Origin: Octopus bimaculoides
Taxonomy: Eukaryota
Direction: 5' to 3'
Assembly: GCF_001194135.2 (NCBI RefSeq)
Contig: NC_068991.1
Location: 24,211,322-24,270,900 of the forward strand
DNA: 59,579 nucleotides
Made by a program: the position numbers and the translations under genes. The notes beneath the pieces are model-generated. The model ran no database searches, was not told where the DNA came from, and worked only from the letters and a program-made list of their open reading frames with translations. Numbering within the stretch: position 1 is the first letter of the stretch; each line of letters begins with the position of its first letter. This document shows positions 48,495 to 59,579 of the stretch, piece after piece.

Positions 48495-49075
48495 TCCAAT
48501 TTAGACACATAGCCAGTAGTTTTGGAGGATGGAGCCAATTCGATTACATCAACCCCAATTCTTGACTGATACTTAATTTTATCAACTCGGGAGGATGAAA
48601 AGCAAAGCTGACCTCGCCTGTCATTTTTTGTGGGGGGGGGTCGATAAAATATATGTCCCAGTCTAAATAATAATGGTTCCTGGTTTAAGCACAAGGTCAG
48701 CAATTTTGAGGGGAGAAGTTAAGTTGTTTATATCAACCCTAGTACTTGATTAGTACTTCATTTGATTGGTTCACCAAAAGATGAAAGGCAAAGTTGATCT
48801 CAACGGAATATAAAATCAGAACATAAAAAGCTCGGAACGTAAAGAGCCAAAGCATTTTTACCGGTGATCTAAAGATTCTGTCACTCATTATCTTTCAGTC
48901 AATTAGTAATGATTTCTTTTATAGGCACACGGCTTCAAATTTTGATAATTTTATAGACCCTGAAAGGATGAAAATCTAAGTTGACCACAGCAAAGGTTGA
49001 GCTTCGAACGTTAACCGGAACGAATGCAGCAAGGTATTTTGTCTGACAGTGTATCCGCTCAACTGCTAAGGTTTC
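48495..49075 (-). mobile_element. Three consecutive old SINE family A copies
   Basis: Family A tail and central domain recur at about 48495, 48670 and 48905. Confidence 0.7.
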
Positions 49076-49146
49076 GTTTTTCCGAATTGTATTTGCAATC
49101 TCCTCTTATAGGCTGCTTTTTCTGGTTGTTATTGTTGTTGTCGGCA

Positions 49147-49178
<32 letters not shown>

Positions 49179-49941
49179 CTCGCTGTTACTGTTGTTGTTT
49201 AGCACCAGTTCATCTCACATCGAATAGACATCTGATCAAAGTCTAATGCAAAGTCTACCTAGAAATTTCGTCATTCATTCTCCCTTCCCTTGAACAGATC
49301 TTTATTCATCGTCCTAACATGAGATGAACCTCTTGCAAAAATCTTCACAATATTTTAACGACCTACAGCTTCACTACCACTATTATTTATCGATCTTGAT
49401 TACCGAGCTTCTTGGATCATTGTTCTTTACTTCCAGATCAACTGTGGTTAAGCCACTATATTATATGATCAGATACGTTCCAACCGTGACCTGAACTATT
49501 TTCTTCTTCTTCTTTTCGAATAGTGTATCTAGGATATACTATCCACTGTAACCCTCTCGTGTTTTTCTAAACGGTTTAATGTACTTTAACAGAGATTTCA
49601 CTGTCCTTACAAGCGCCCAATAGAAACTCTCTCGTTTCGCTTTATGATTTAGCGAAGACTGTTCATTGCAATTTGTTATTTCAGTTTCAAAAGACTTCTT
49701 TCTTTATTGGCTTTTATTTGGTCTGGAATGATATATTGTTATTAAAAGAACTGTAATTCTTTGGACAAAGACTGAATAAAACGAAATGTAATTTATTTGA
49801 AGTATTGGTATTTAAATATTTGTAAAGACGCGATTTTCTTTCCCATAGACTACGACATTGATCAACAGAAAATTTATTTGATCAATATTTCAGTTTCACG
49901 ATAACAGCGGTGATGGCGGTGGTAGCAGCAGCAATGGCAAC

Positions 49942-49983
<42 letters not shown>

Positions 49984-50262
49984 TTAACTCCAATATGAAG
50001 TTAATGTGAAAATTTATCACCGAACATGTTCTACCAGTTACATACACATACACACGCACGCACACGCATGTGTGCGCGGGTATGTAAGTATGTACATGCA
50101 TATACATACGCATGTGTATGTGTCTATAGTAGTATGTGTGTGTGCATGTATGCACATATATGTGAGCGCGTGTGTGTATGTGCGTGTAAGTATGTATGGT
50201 ATGTTTGTATGTATAGTGAGATAGATAGAAGATATGTATGTATATACATATGAGCATATACG

Positions 50263-50346
<84 letters not shown>

Positions 50347-51045
50347 CATATATATATATACATAATTATTATAGTTTTACCCGTAAATAATACCACACCA
50401 CATTAATTTATATCTTATTTTAACTGGATATGTTTATCTTGTTCTATTATTATTGTTCCCTGTAGTTTTGAACTTAGTAGTTCAGTGCTTCATTGTATTA
50501 TTCTATTTATACTGTAGAATAGATATATTTCTTTAATACCTTGACCTAAATTCCCTTACCTTAATTTTTTTCCAAATTCTTACCACTCCTTGGGGTATTG
50601 CCCTTCCATTTCCTTTTCTTTTTTTTTTCTCTCATGCTGTCCACCACTACTTAACCTGCCTTCCTCTAAATTTGAAATTACTACTATCCCTCCAATTAGA
50701 TTTTAAATTCTTGTTTGATTCACTTGTCTGTGAAACAGCAGCATAGTCGAGATGTGTTTTCTTCTCTTACTCTTGTTTTTTGCAAACATCTTCAAAATGA
50801 CTTTCTAAAATGAAATTCCTGTATGCAGCTGAGGAGTACATTTTCATTGTATTTTCACTACATGAATAAATGAAGCTTGTACGAAACGTACGTACTGCTA
50901 TAACCTATTGAATTTTTGTTGCTTAACTTCAAATTTTATTCACCAAATCTCTTGATTTTGTTTTTGGTTTTTATCCTACCAAATTCTGGTGCCTCAAACA
51001 TTTTAAGTACCACATTTAATCTTTTGATTAAATCTATATTATTAT

Positions 51046-51090
<45 letters not shown>

Positions 51091-51132
51091 TTTGTAGAAG
51101 CACACTCTAAAGTGTAGAGCAGTATATATTAA

Positions 51133-51505
51133 AAATGGGGAAGGCCGGTTTATGGGATTACCTGCATCAACGGGATGAAGCGTTGCAAGTTACGCATAGC
51201 TGAACGCGCGAGAATCCTAAAAGACACGTTCGAACCAGGGAACATCCTTAACTCCAGAACGGAATAAACATTCGGGCAATGTTTACATTTTAGAAGGTTC
51301 CTGCTAGCTTTTGGGAACCCACAAGATGGCGGCACAGCCGGAAGTCGATAGCCAATAGTAAAGAGAAGTAATCCCCAATTGTTTACCTTTGAGCAGAGTG
51401 ACTCCCCCTCTATATTTTGAAGAGGTCATGGGCCAACAGATTTTGGGACAAACCCCTTATGGAGGGGAAACCTATGGCAATCCCATAAACCGGTCTTCCC
51501 CATTT
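51133..51505. mobile_element. MITE with ~30-bp TIRs flanked by TTAA
   Basis: AAATGGGGAAG(G/A)CCGGTTTATGGGATT(A/G)CC at both ends; TTAA at 51129-51132 and 51506-51509. Confidence 0.9.
51322..51356 (+). promoter_or_regulatory. YY1-, ETS- and CCAAT-type motif cluster inside the MITE
   Basis: CAAGATGGCGGC at 51322-51333, CCGGAAGT at 51338-51345, AGCCAAT at 51350-51356. Motif match only. Confidence 0.4.
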
Positions 51506-51508
51506 TTA

Positions 51509-51568
<60 letters not shown>

Positions 51569-52192
51569 NNNNNNNNNNNNNNNNNNNNNNNNNNNNNNNN
51601 NNNNNNNNNNNNNNNNNNNNNNNNNNNNNNNNNNNNNNNNNNNNNNNNNNNNNNNNNNNNNNNNNNNNNNNNNNNNNNNNNNNNNNNNNNNNNNNNNNNN
51701 NNNNNNNNNNNNNNNNNNNNNNNNNNNNNNNNNNNNNNNNNNNNNNNNNNNNNNNNNNNNNNNNNNNNNNNNNNNNNNNNNNNNNNNNNNNNNNNNNNNN
51801 NNNNNNNNNNNNNNNNNNNNNNNNNNNNNNNNNNNNNNNNNNNNNNNNNNNNNNNNNNNNNNNNNNNNNNNNNNNNNNNNNNNNNNNNNNNNNNNNNNNN
51901 NNNNNNNNNNNNNNNNNNNNNNNNNNNNNNNNNNNNNNNNNNNNNNNNNNNNNNNNNNNNNNNNNNNNNNNNNNNNNNNNNNNNNNNNNNNNNNNNNNNN
52001 NNNNNNNNNNNNNNNNNNNNNNNNNNNNNNNNNNNNNNNNNNNNNNNNNNNNNNNNNNNNNNNNNNNNNNNNNNNNNNNNNNNNNNNNNNNNNNNNNNNN
52101 NNNNNNNNNNNNNNNNNNNNNNNNNNNNNNNNNNNNNNNNNNNNNNNNNNNNNNNNNNNNNNNNNNNNNNNNNNNNNNNNNNNNNNNNNNNN

Positions 52193-52251
<59 letters not shown>

Positions 52252-52394
52252 TGGTCTCAGTATCTGACTGGTACTATATCGAAACAGAAGGTTTCAGAGA
52301 TAAAGTTTAACCTTTTTGGGATTTTGAGCGCCGGTTATCAAGCGTCGGTAGACAAACAGACACAAAAGATTTGAGCTCAGCCTATAAAGAACTT

Positions 52395-52545
52395 TTGTGA
52401 ATTGAAATCTTGCCGATGTCGACATTGCTTTTCACCACATCAGGGTCGATAATTTAAAGTACTATTCAAGTATTGGGGTACACGTAATCCACTAATAACC
52501 GCACCTCAAAATTGTTGGCTTTACGCGTAAATTAGAACCAATCAT
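52395..52545 (+). mobile_element. Old SINE family A copy
   Basis: GAAATCTTGCCGATGTCGACATTGCTTTTC...GGGTCGATAA. Confidence 0.65.
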
Positions 52546-52592
52546 TAATTAAAGTATAAATTACATTCAAAGTAGCTTTGGTATGTGTGTGA

Positions 52593-52629
<37 letters not shown>

Positions 52630-52633
<4 letters not shown>

Positions 52634-53075
52634 AATAATACAAAATCGGACAAGAATGCAAAACATCCAGACAGTTAGGTGATACAAGAAAGGAACAACA
52701 AAACATCCAGATACAGAGAAAACAAGGACAGGTCATTTGGAGTTTTCTTTCATCAGTCGGGATCCAGATTATCTTTGCAATTTCGACTGGTTATACTCGA
52801 TATTACTCCAATCTGGCCAGCTCCAAAGAAAAACTAAGCTAAGAGCATTAGATTCTTTGGAAGAAAGCAGCGGATGTATGCAAAAACAAGGACGGGAAAA
52901 AAACGAACAATGTTACACAAATACAATAGAAATAGTAACAAGACATAACAATAGGTGTCTTTCGACTAAGGACGAATTAAATTAAGCTGGCGTATGTAGA
53001 AATAAAGCCTTACGGCAGGGATACAAGATTTCAGAGGCACAGGGAGGAATATCGATGTTACACGTACAACGGCCG
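52630..53075 (-). repeat. Dispersed pLTR-like repeat with hammerhead half-cores
   Basis: GATTGG...CCAGTC-GAAA-N24-CTGATGA. Confidence 0.5.
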
Positions 53076-53083
53076 ACCGGCAT

Positions 53084-54790
53084 TGTAGAAAATGAAGGAG
53101 AGTATATTTTGGGTTTAAAAAAATACTTTGTTTATTGAAATGTAAATACCAGAGTACAGAACGGACAGTTTCAGACTGACGAGCGTTTGTAAGGAGAACA
53201 GAATTGCTGTATTGGAAATAAGGCTTTATTCAACTTCTTTGACAGACATGTTAGACAAATAATAATTTTCGCCAGCGAGTTGAAAATGAGTTAACGACAA
53301 CATGATGCAGTTTGGTAATGAAAAGCTAGCCAAAATAGTTACATATAACAAATACATACATGAACGACATTTATATTTTCGTATAAACATTTATACGCAA
53401 GCAACATAAACATGCATACACACAGTTCATTACATTCTCACAACATTCTCCCCCACTAGAAAACAGAAGTCCGGGGGTTGAATGGATAGGCATAGAATGT
53501 TTCAAACTTCTCTACTGCATAGATTATACGGTCTATGGTTCTGAAGTAACTGATAGATTCTCTTTTCCGAACATGCTGTTCATGAGGTATCTGTTGTTCT
53601 TGCTGCTCAACATTTTGATTAATATTATCAGTCTCTGGAGTGTCTTGGGGAGTATTTCAATGTTTACCTCATTACTTTCAGGTGATTTCGGAGTTCGTAG
53701 TTTCAAAGTACGTGTGTTAGGAGTTTCGTCTGTTTACACAATCTCTTCATGGTTTTGTTGATCGATCAAAGTCTCGGGGATTGGAGCCAGCTGTCTCAGT
53801 TTCCCGTCCATCAGATAAACGTACATATGCATATTGAGGGTTACAGTCTAAAAGTTTTACTTCATCAACCAGGGGGCGGGGTCATACTTGGATGATCTGA
53901 CATTCCTTTTCAAGTACACAGGTCCGGGAGTCAGAAGCTAGTTGGACAGTATTATTCCCATCGTAGGTTTGCGGTTGTAGGAAAATAGGCGTTCGTGTGG
54001 AGTTTCATTTGTAGCTGTGCAGAGCAGTGATCTGATAGTGCAGAGCGTTTGTAAGTACTTGCTCCTAATGACTGACTGGCATAGCACAGGATTTGAGGGA
54101 TAGAGTAATGGATTTCTAAAGCGTACCATTCAGTCTCACCACATGATCGTTGCAATGAGGATTGTATGGAGTTGTGCGACTTGTTGCTACTCCTTTCTGT
54201 AGTAGGAAAGATCTCAATTCCTCTAACATAAATGCAGGTCCTCTATCACTGTAGACGTATGATGGCATTACAAAAATAGCAAATAGTTGAGAGAGGCAAC
54301 ACATGACAATAGAGGCAGAAGTATCAGCACAGGCAAATGCAAACGGGAAATATGAGTATTCGTTAACAATAGTCAGCAGGTATTTGTTAAGTGTCGCTGA
54401 TGGTAGAGGACCCTTGAAATCCAGACTGAGTCTCTCAAACAGTTGAGTAGCCTTGATCAGATGAGATTGGGGAAGCTTGAAAAATGCTGGTTTTTGTTCA
54501 GTACAGACTTTACAGTTAGATGTCATTGTCTTAACATCTTTCAGTGAAAATAGGAGCCTCCTTGATTTGACAAAATGAAACATTCTCGTAACACCTGGAA
54601 GACTTAATGTTTCATGCAACCTTTTCAGATCTACCGATAATGATGCTGCGCAATAAGCACGAGACAAACAGTCGGGTCCCTTGTAATCTGTCCCAGGTCG
54701 GTAAACAGTTTCATAGCTAAAACAGGAGAGTTCTATCTTACACCTTTGTATTTTATCATTTTTGTCTGTCTCCCTAACCTCTGGGAGATT
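53084..54790 (-). mobile_element. Second Gypsy relic: RNase H end, integrase, PPT, 3' LTR
   Basis: IELSCFSYETVYRPG...DCLSR; LHETLSLPGVTRM...CKVC...ERLSLDFKGPLP...SDRGPAF...TTPYNP. PPT GTGGGGGAGAA next to TGTTG at 53445. LTR about 53084-53445, left end uncertain. Confidence 0.92.
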
Positions 54791-55509
54791 TTAGGTATTA
54801 TTTTACTAATGTGTTCTAATTTAATTAAATTCTGTGTCTTTGTGCAGTTGAAGATTGCTCTGCATTTTAAATTGATGTAATGATTACATTGTTCAATTAA
54901 TTGGAGTTACATGAAACGATCGTACTGCTTTACCCCTTGTTGCTTATTTTGATTTTAATCACCTTACTTTGAAATTGTATGGATAATACCGNNNNNNNNN
55001 NNNNNNNNNNNNNNNNNNNNNNNNNNNNNNNNNNNNNNNNNNNNNNNNNNNNNNNNNNNNNNNNNNNNNNNNNNNNNNNNNNNNNNNNNNNNNNNNNNNN
55101 NNNNNNNNNNNNNNNNNNNNNNNNNNNNNNNNNNNNNNNNNNNNNNNNNNNNNNNNNNNNNNNNNNNNNNNNNNNNNNNNNNNNNNNNNNNNNNNNNNNN
55201 NNNNNNNNNNNNNNNNNNNNNNNNNNNNNNNNNNNNNNNNNNNNNNNNNNNNNNNNNNNNNNNNNNNNNNNNNNNNNNNNNNNNNNNNNNNNNNNNNNNN
55301 NNNNNNNNNNNNNNNNNNNNNNNNNNNNNNNNNNNNNNNNNNNNNNNNNNNNNNNNNNNNNNNNNNNNNNNNNNNNNNNNNNNNNNNNNNNNNNNNNNNN
55401 NNNNNNNNNNNNNNNNNNNNNNNNNNNNNNNNNNNNNNNNNNNNNNNNNNNNNNNNNNNNNNNNNNNNNNNNNNNNNNNNNNNNNNNNNNNNNNNNNNNN
55501 NNNNNNNNN

Positions 55510-55548
<39 letters not shown>

Positions 55549-55562
55549 ATGATGATGATGAT

Positions 55563-55991
55563 GATAATTTATTAAGTAACCAGAAGATCGATTTGGTGTT
55601 AATCTTTATTTTGTACAAGGGTCGTTTCAACCCATCTTTATTTTGTAAACAGTCGGTTCGACCCATCCTGCTACTGTTCCTTATGCGTAGGACTATGTTC
55701 AACATGTGTTGCGTCCATTTTGCAGTCTGAAAAGATAATAGTAACAGAATATTGTAGAGATGCTTCATTCCCTAACCAGACGGACATATGACAGCCTAAG
55801 CTCAGGATCTTTTGCGAGATACAACTTTATGTATAGATGTACCTGATGAGACGCAGACTGCAAAATGGATGCAGCACAACATGTTGAACGGAGTCCTACC
55901 CATAAGGGACAGCAGCAGGATGGGTCGAACCGACTGTTTACAAAATAAAGATTAATACCAAATCTATTTTCTGGTTACTTAATAAGTTATC
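55563..55991. repeat. Inverted repeat pair (55563-55729 / 55854-55991), pLTR-like
   Basis: Arms align closely. The left arm has a ~32-bp internal duplication. CTGATGAG at 55843 directly precedes the right arm. Confidence 0.9.
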
Positions 55992-56156
55992 ATTATCTCA
56001 ACTAACACTGCGAAGTTCCTGAATTAGATCCAACGGAAATATACCCCGAATGCAGATGACACCAGGCAGCCCAAATTGTGCCAGTGCTCTACTAAACTCT
56101 CCAACACACTAATTGACATATACCCATTAGTCCAAAATATTAAACACATATAAATA

Positions 56157-56312
56157 TATACGACAGGAGTTCTTTCAGTTTTCGTCTATCAGATTCACTC
56201 ACAAGGCTTTGGTCGGCTCGAAAGCTATAGTGGAAGACACTTTCCAAAGATACCACGCAGTAGGATTGATCCCGGAACCATATGGTTAGGAACCAAGTTT
56301 CTTACCACACAG
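56157..56312 (-). mobile_element. Older SINE family B 5' half
   Basis: Homologous to 8072-8235. Confidence 0.8.
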
Positions 56313-56520
56313 CAGGGGTTGCTGAAAAATCCTGGCTTTAAGGGTATCGCGAAAGGCCTGGTTGGAGGCTCAGCCTTCCGAGTTCTTTTACAGAGCTTAG
56401 ACAAACTAAAGGAGCACTGCAATAAGTGTGTGAATCTGAGAGAGGTATATGTTGAATAAAATTATAATTAACCGATCCTCCTGTATTTTCTGTTACCCAG
56501 GAACTTTTTAACACCCCTCG
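56313..56520 (+). mobile_element. Second mariner-derived MITE
   Basis: TIRs (C)AGGGGTTGCTGAAAAATCCTGG / CCAGGAACTTTTTAACACCCCTCG; internal LQSLDKLKEHCNKCVNLREVYVE* (transposase C-terminus). Confidence 0.85.
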
Positions 56521-56901
56521 TGTGTGTGTGTGTATATANNNNNNNNNNNNNNNNNNNNNNNNNNNNNNNNNNNNNNNNNNNNNNNNNNNNNNNNNNNNNN
56601 NNNNNNNNNNNNNNNNNNNNNNNNNNNNNNNNNNNNNNNNNNNNNNNNNNNNNNNNNNNNNNNNNNNNNNNNNNNNNNNNNNNNNNNNNNNNNNNNNNNN
56701 NNNNNNNNNNNNNNNNNNNNNNNNNNNNNNNNNNNNNNNNNNNNNNNNNNNNNNNNNNNNNNNNNNNNNNNNNNNNNNNNNNNNNNNNNNNNNNNNNNNN
56801 NNNNNNNNNNNNNNNNNNNNNNNNNNNNNNNNNNNNNNNNNNNNNNNNNNNNNNNNNNNNNNNNNNNNNNNNNNNNNNNNNNNNNNNNNNNNNNNNNNNN
56901 N

Positions 56902-56970
<69 letters not shown>

Positions 56971-57374
56971 ATCTATCTATCTATCTATCTATCTCTCTCT
57001 CTGTATTTTGTAGTTCTTTAGCAGTTCTAGTAATCTGTAATCGATCGATTAGACCGAATGATTGCTAAGAATGTTATAACGGAAACCGGAAACGTCTGTG
57101 GTAAATAATATACAGGAGAATAATGGCGCTCTGTTGGTACTCACGTCGCTAATGCTTGTTGTCTGGATATTATGCTTCATGTCTATTGTAAAAAATTAAA
57201 AAAATGTTACGTCGTATACAATAAATCTTCTGAAATATTAAGAGAATTGAAGCGAACGATCTGGAATAAATCCCGAATGATAATCACAGTTACTTCATTT
57301 ACCAGTCTTTAAAAATACATTCAACCATTTACCTACTTGAAGAGAGGGAATAAAAACAAACAACTTTTAATATT

Positions 57375-57507
57375 CGTTGCAGCGACTGCGACTGCTGCCG
57401 TTGCTACTTTCGCTGCTGCTGATGAAGAAGCTATTGTTGCTATTAATGTTGTTGTTGTTGCTGTTGTTGTCGTCGCCGTCGTCGCCTTCGTCGTTGTCGT
57501 CGTCGAC
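57375..57507. repeat. Mixed GCT/GTT/GTC trinucleotide tract
   Basis: Direct reading. Confidence 0.85.
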
Positions 57508-58924
57508 TGTAATTCAACAAAATTATTTATCATCTTGAGCATTCCAAGTATGGTCATCCCGTCTTTAAACTTCCAACTACATTACCCAATGTGTAACGTT
57601 TCTATCCTTTCGAACCCGTGAATACAGTATTGATCTCTGCCCTTGAGACACGAAAAGGAGTGCGGCCACAGGGTTTTGTGTTTATGGCTCGCTATCCATA
57701 AACAGAAAAACTATGTAGACGCCCGCTTTTGCCCTCTATAATCATGCCCTCTATAGCTTTCTTGTGGATTCAAAATCTTAAGAACGAGGTGTGATTTAAG
57801 TGAGATTTAGCTGCTAATTCTAGCAGTTCGAGCGGCTGTCAATAGTGGGAGTGGAGATATCGGTGAATGGAACGTTGAAATAGTCGGGATATTTTTACGT
57901 TCTGAGTTCGAATCCTGCCAAAATCTTTTCGGGGCCAGGTAATGTAAGAATCACTCAAGTATTAGCCTCGGTATATTCTACGATAATCCCATCCCACCTC
58001 AGAAATTAATAGCCCTAAGTCGCCTACGTAAAAAGTCAATATTGGCAAAAAAGATAGGGCGTTGAGCACTGTAGAGCAAGAATTAGAGACCATGAATTAA
58101 TATTATGGCTTCGATTCCAACTGCAGCTTTTTAACTACATTTGCAGCATTTTTGTTCTTCAGAAAGGTATTAGTGTCATATACTCACGCTCCTTTCTCTC
58201 ATGACTTTATAGTCTTGTTTGTTTATGCAATGAATCGATTTCCAATCCCAGACTGCTGCAAATAAGTTCTCGATAAATTAAATTTGACATCCGGTCCAGA
58301 TAGAAACTATTTAGTGCGAACCTTTCTTCTGACAAAACAATGACGTCAAAATTCGTCTTGTCTTTAAATAAGAACCAATTTTCCTTCGGCCAAGACTATA
58401 TCCTATAAAGCAAAATCTTTTTTCCTTTATTTGACAGGGTTTGTGGTCTTAGCTTTTCTTTGCTTATAGTTCTATTTTCTATTTCTATTCATTTTCATTG
58501 TAGAGAGAGCGAAGTCGTGAATATGAGTTGTGTTTTTAGTTTATTCTACAATTTTTTTGTTTAATACATTTCTACTCCCTGCAATATTTGTGTCGATGGT
58601 TACAGAGATTTATTGGTTTTAATTCTGTATCTAACCAGAAATAGATTCACCGAGTATTTTATGGACATTTCTGTTTTAATCAGTGTTTTGTGTGTTTTGG
58701 GTTCTTATGATAATGGTGGTGGAACGGAAGTCGGAAAAGAACTATATAATTATTTACCTTGTTGTTGCTGCTGCTTAACCTCGAACAGCTCTGTTTAAGC
58801 AGACCTACGATCAAAAAACACTCCAACTGTGACCGATGATCAAAAACATGCCATTACTGGTCTTTATGATAACATTATGCAATTTTTTATTATTTAAGAT
58901 TTAAGACGACGCACAGTAATCGAT

Positions 58925-59388
58925 ATCGTGATGTTGTTGGTTGAAGATATTATGTCTACTAGGGGTTTGTATTGTCTGTCAAATCACAACAAGGATCTCA
59001 GACAGACAGTACTTTACGCAATATGCGTGCAGTTCCAAGTAATGCCGATTTTTGCAATACTCCTAGATTATAGTTTCCAAATGTTTCTTCGAGTTGGGTG
59101 TTATTGAACCCAGTGCTCCGATGAGAACAGGGACAACCTTTATGTTTAACTCTCATAGCTGCCACATCTTGGCTATCTCAATTCTCAGGTCTCCATATTT
59201 ATCAATCTTTTCTCTTTCTTTCATGGTAATATGTTGATTATTAGGCACTCTTGTTTGTCCCTCCTAAAGGTTGCTATATCCGGCCTTCAGTGCTCTAACA
59301 CCTTATCTGTCTAGAAGTCAAAGTCCTAGAGGATTTTTGCCTTCCTCTTTTCGTCTGTTGCTTTTTCCGATCTATGTAGGTATCAATG

Positions 59389-59455
<67 letters not shown>
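58925..59455 (-). mobile_element. Third R4/Dong fragment abutting (TAA)n at its truncated 5' end
   Basis: KIL*DFDF*TDKVLEH*RPDI...KEREKIDKYGDLRIEIAKMW...VPVLIGALG...QKSALLGTARILRKVLS; (ATT)n at 59387-59455. Confidence 0.9.
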
Positions 59456-59456
<1 letters not shown>

Positions 59457-59579
59457 GTTTTTTTTCTTCTTTCTTCAAATTTTCTTCCATTTCTCACCGA
59501 GTGTTTTCCGTACACCTAGGGCAGAGAAACTCGTTGTATGCATTCCCAGTTTACACACGCAAATTCACAGGTAAAACAT

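Noticed and set aside
55843-55880. Functional hammerhead at CTGATGAG
   Set aside because: GAAA reads AAAA, stem II is non-canonical and there is no stem I partner; kept only as a relic.
8001-57068. Long ORFs in the track (200-380 aa)
   Set aside because: They run through N gaps or microsatellites; 36635..37699 is a CT tract.
57080-57200. Short TM-like open frame (ALLVLTSLMLVVWILCFMSIV)
   Set aside because: Only 39 codons between stops, with no splice signals or homology.
1-59579. Genuine tRNA/rRNA genes, CRISPR arrays or prokaryotic operons
   Set aside because: tRNA-like segments are SINE heads continuing into SINE bodies; no repeat-spacer array or prokaryotic gene organisation is present.

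Overview
Repeat-saturated, AT-rich eukaryotic scaffold with many N gaps. The SINE families, microsatellite load and TTAGGG repeat point to an octopus genome (inference). I found no intact host gene. The only host-gene signal is a heavily decayed, apparently intronless Cys-loop (nicotinic acetylcholine receptor-like) pseudogene at about 4.8-6.2 kb on the minus strand, with possible paralogous scraps at 7.7-9.4 kb. Everything else recognisable is transposon debris: at least four Penelope-like (PLE) relics from two clades, three R4/Dong 3' ends beside (TAA)n, a CRE-type 3' end, two Gypsy relics, mariner/Tc1/hAT relics, MITEs and three abundant tRNA-derived SINE families (called A, B and C here). 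The most unusual observations are: a short element joining a tRNA-like head to a PLE-type hammerhead ribozyme; four cases of the PLE-style inverted 3'-end geometry; three repeats carrying permuted hammerhead half-cores; a telomeric (TTAGGG)3 patch inside a Gypsy integrase; and a 240-bp near-perfect palindrome inside a 16-bp direct repeat. All translations, alignments and folds were done by eye, so boundaries are approximate unless a TSD or TIR fixes them.
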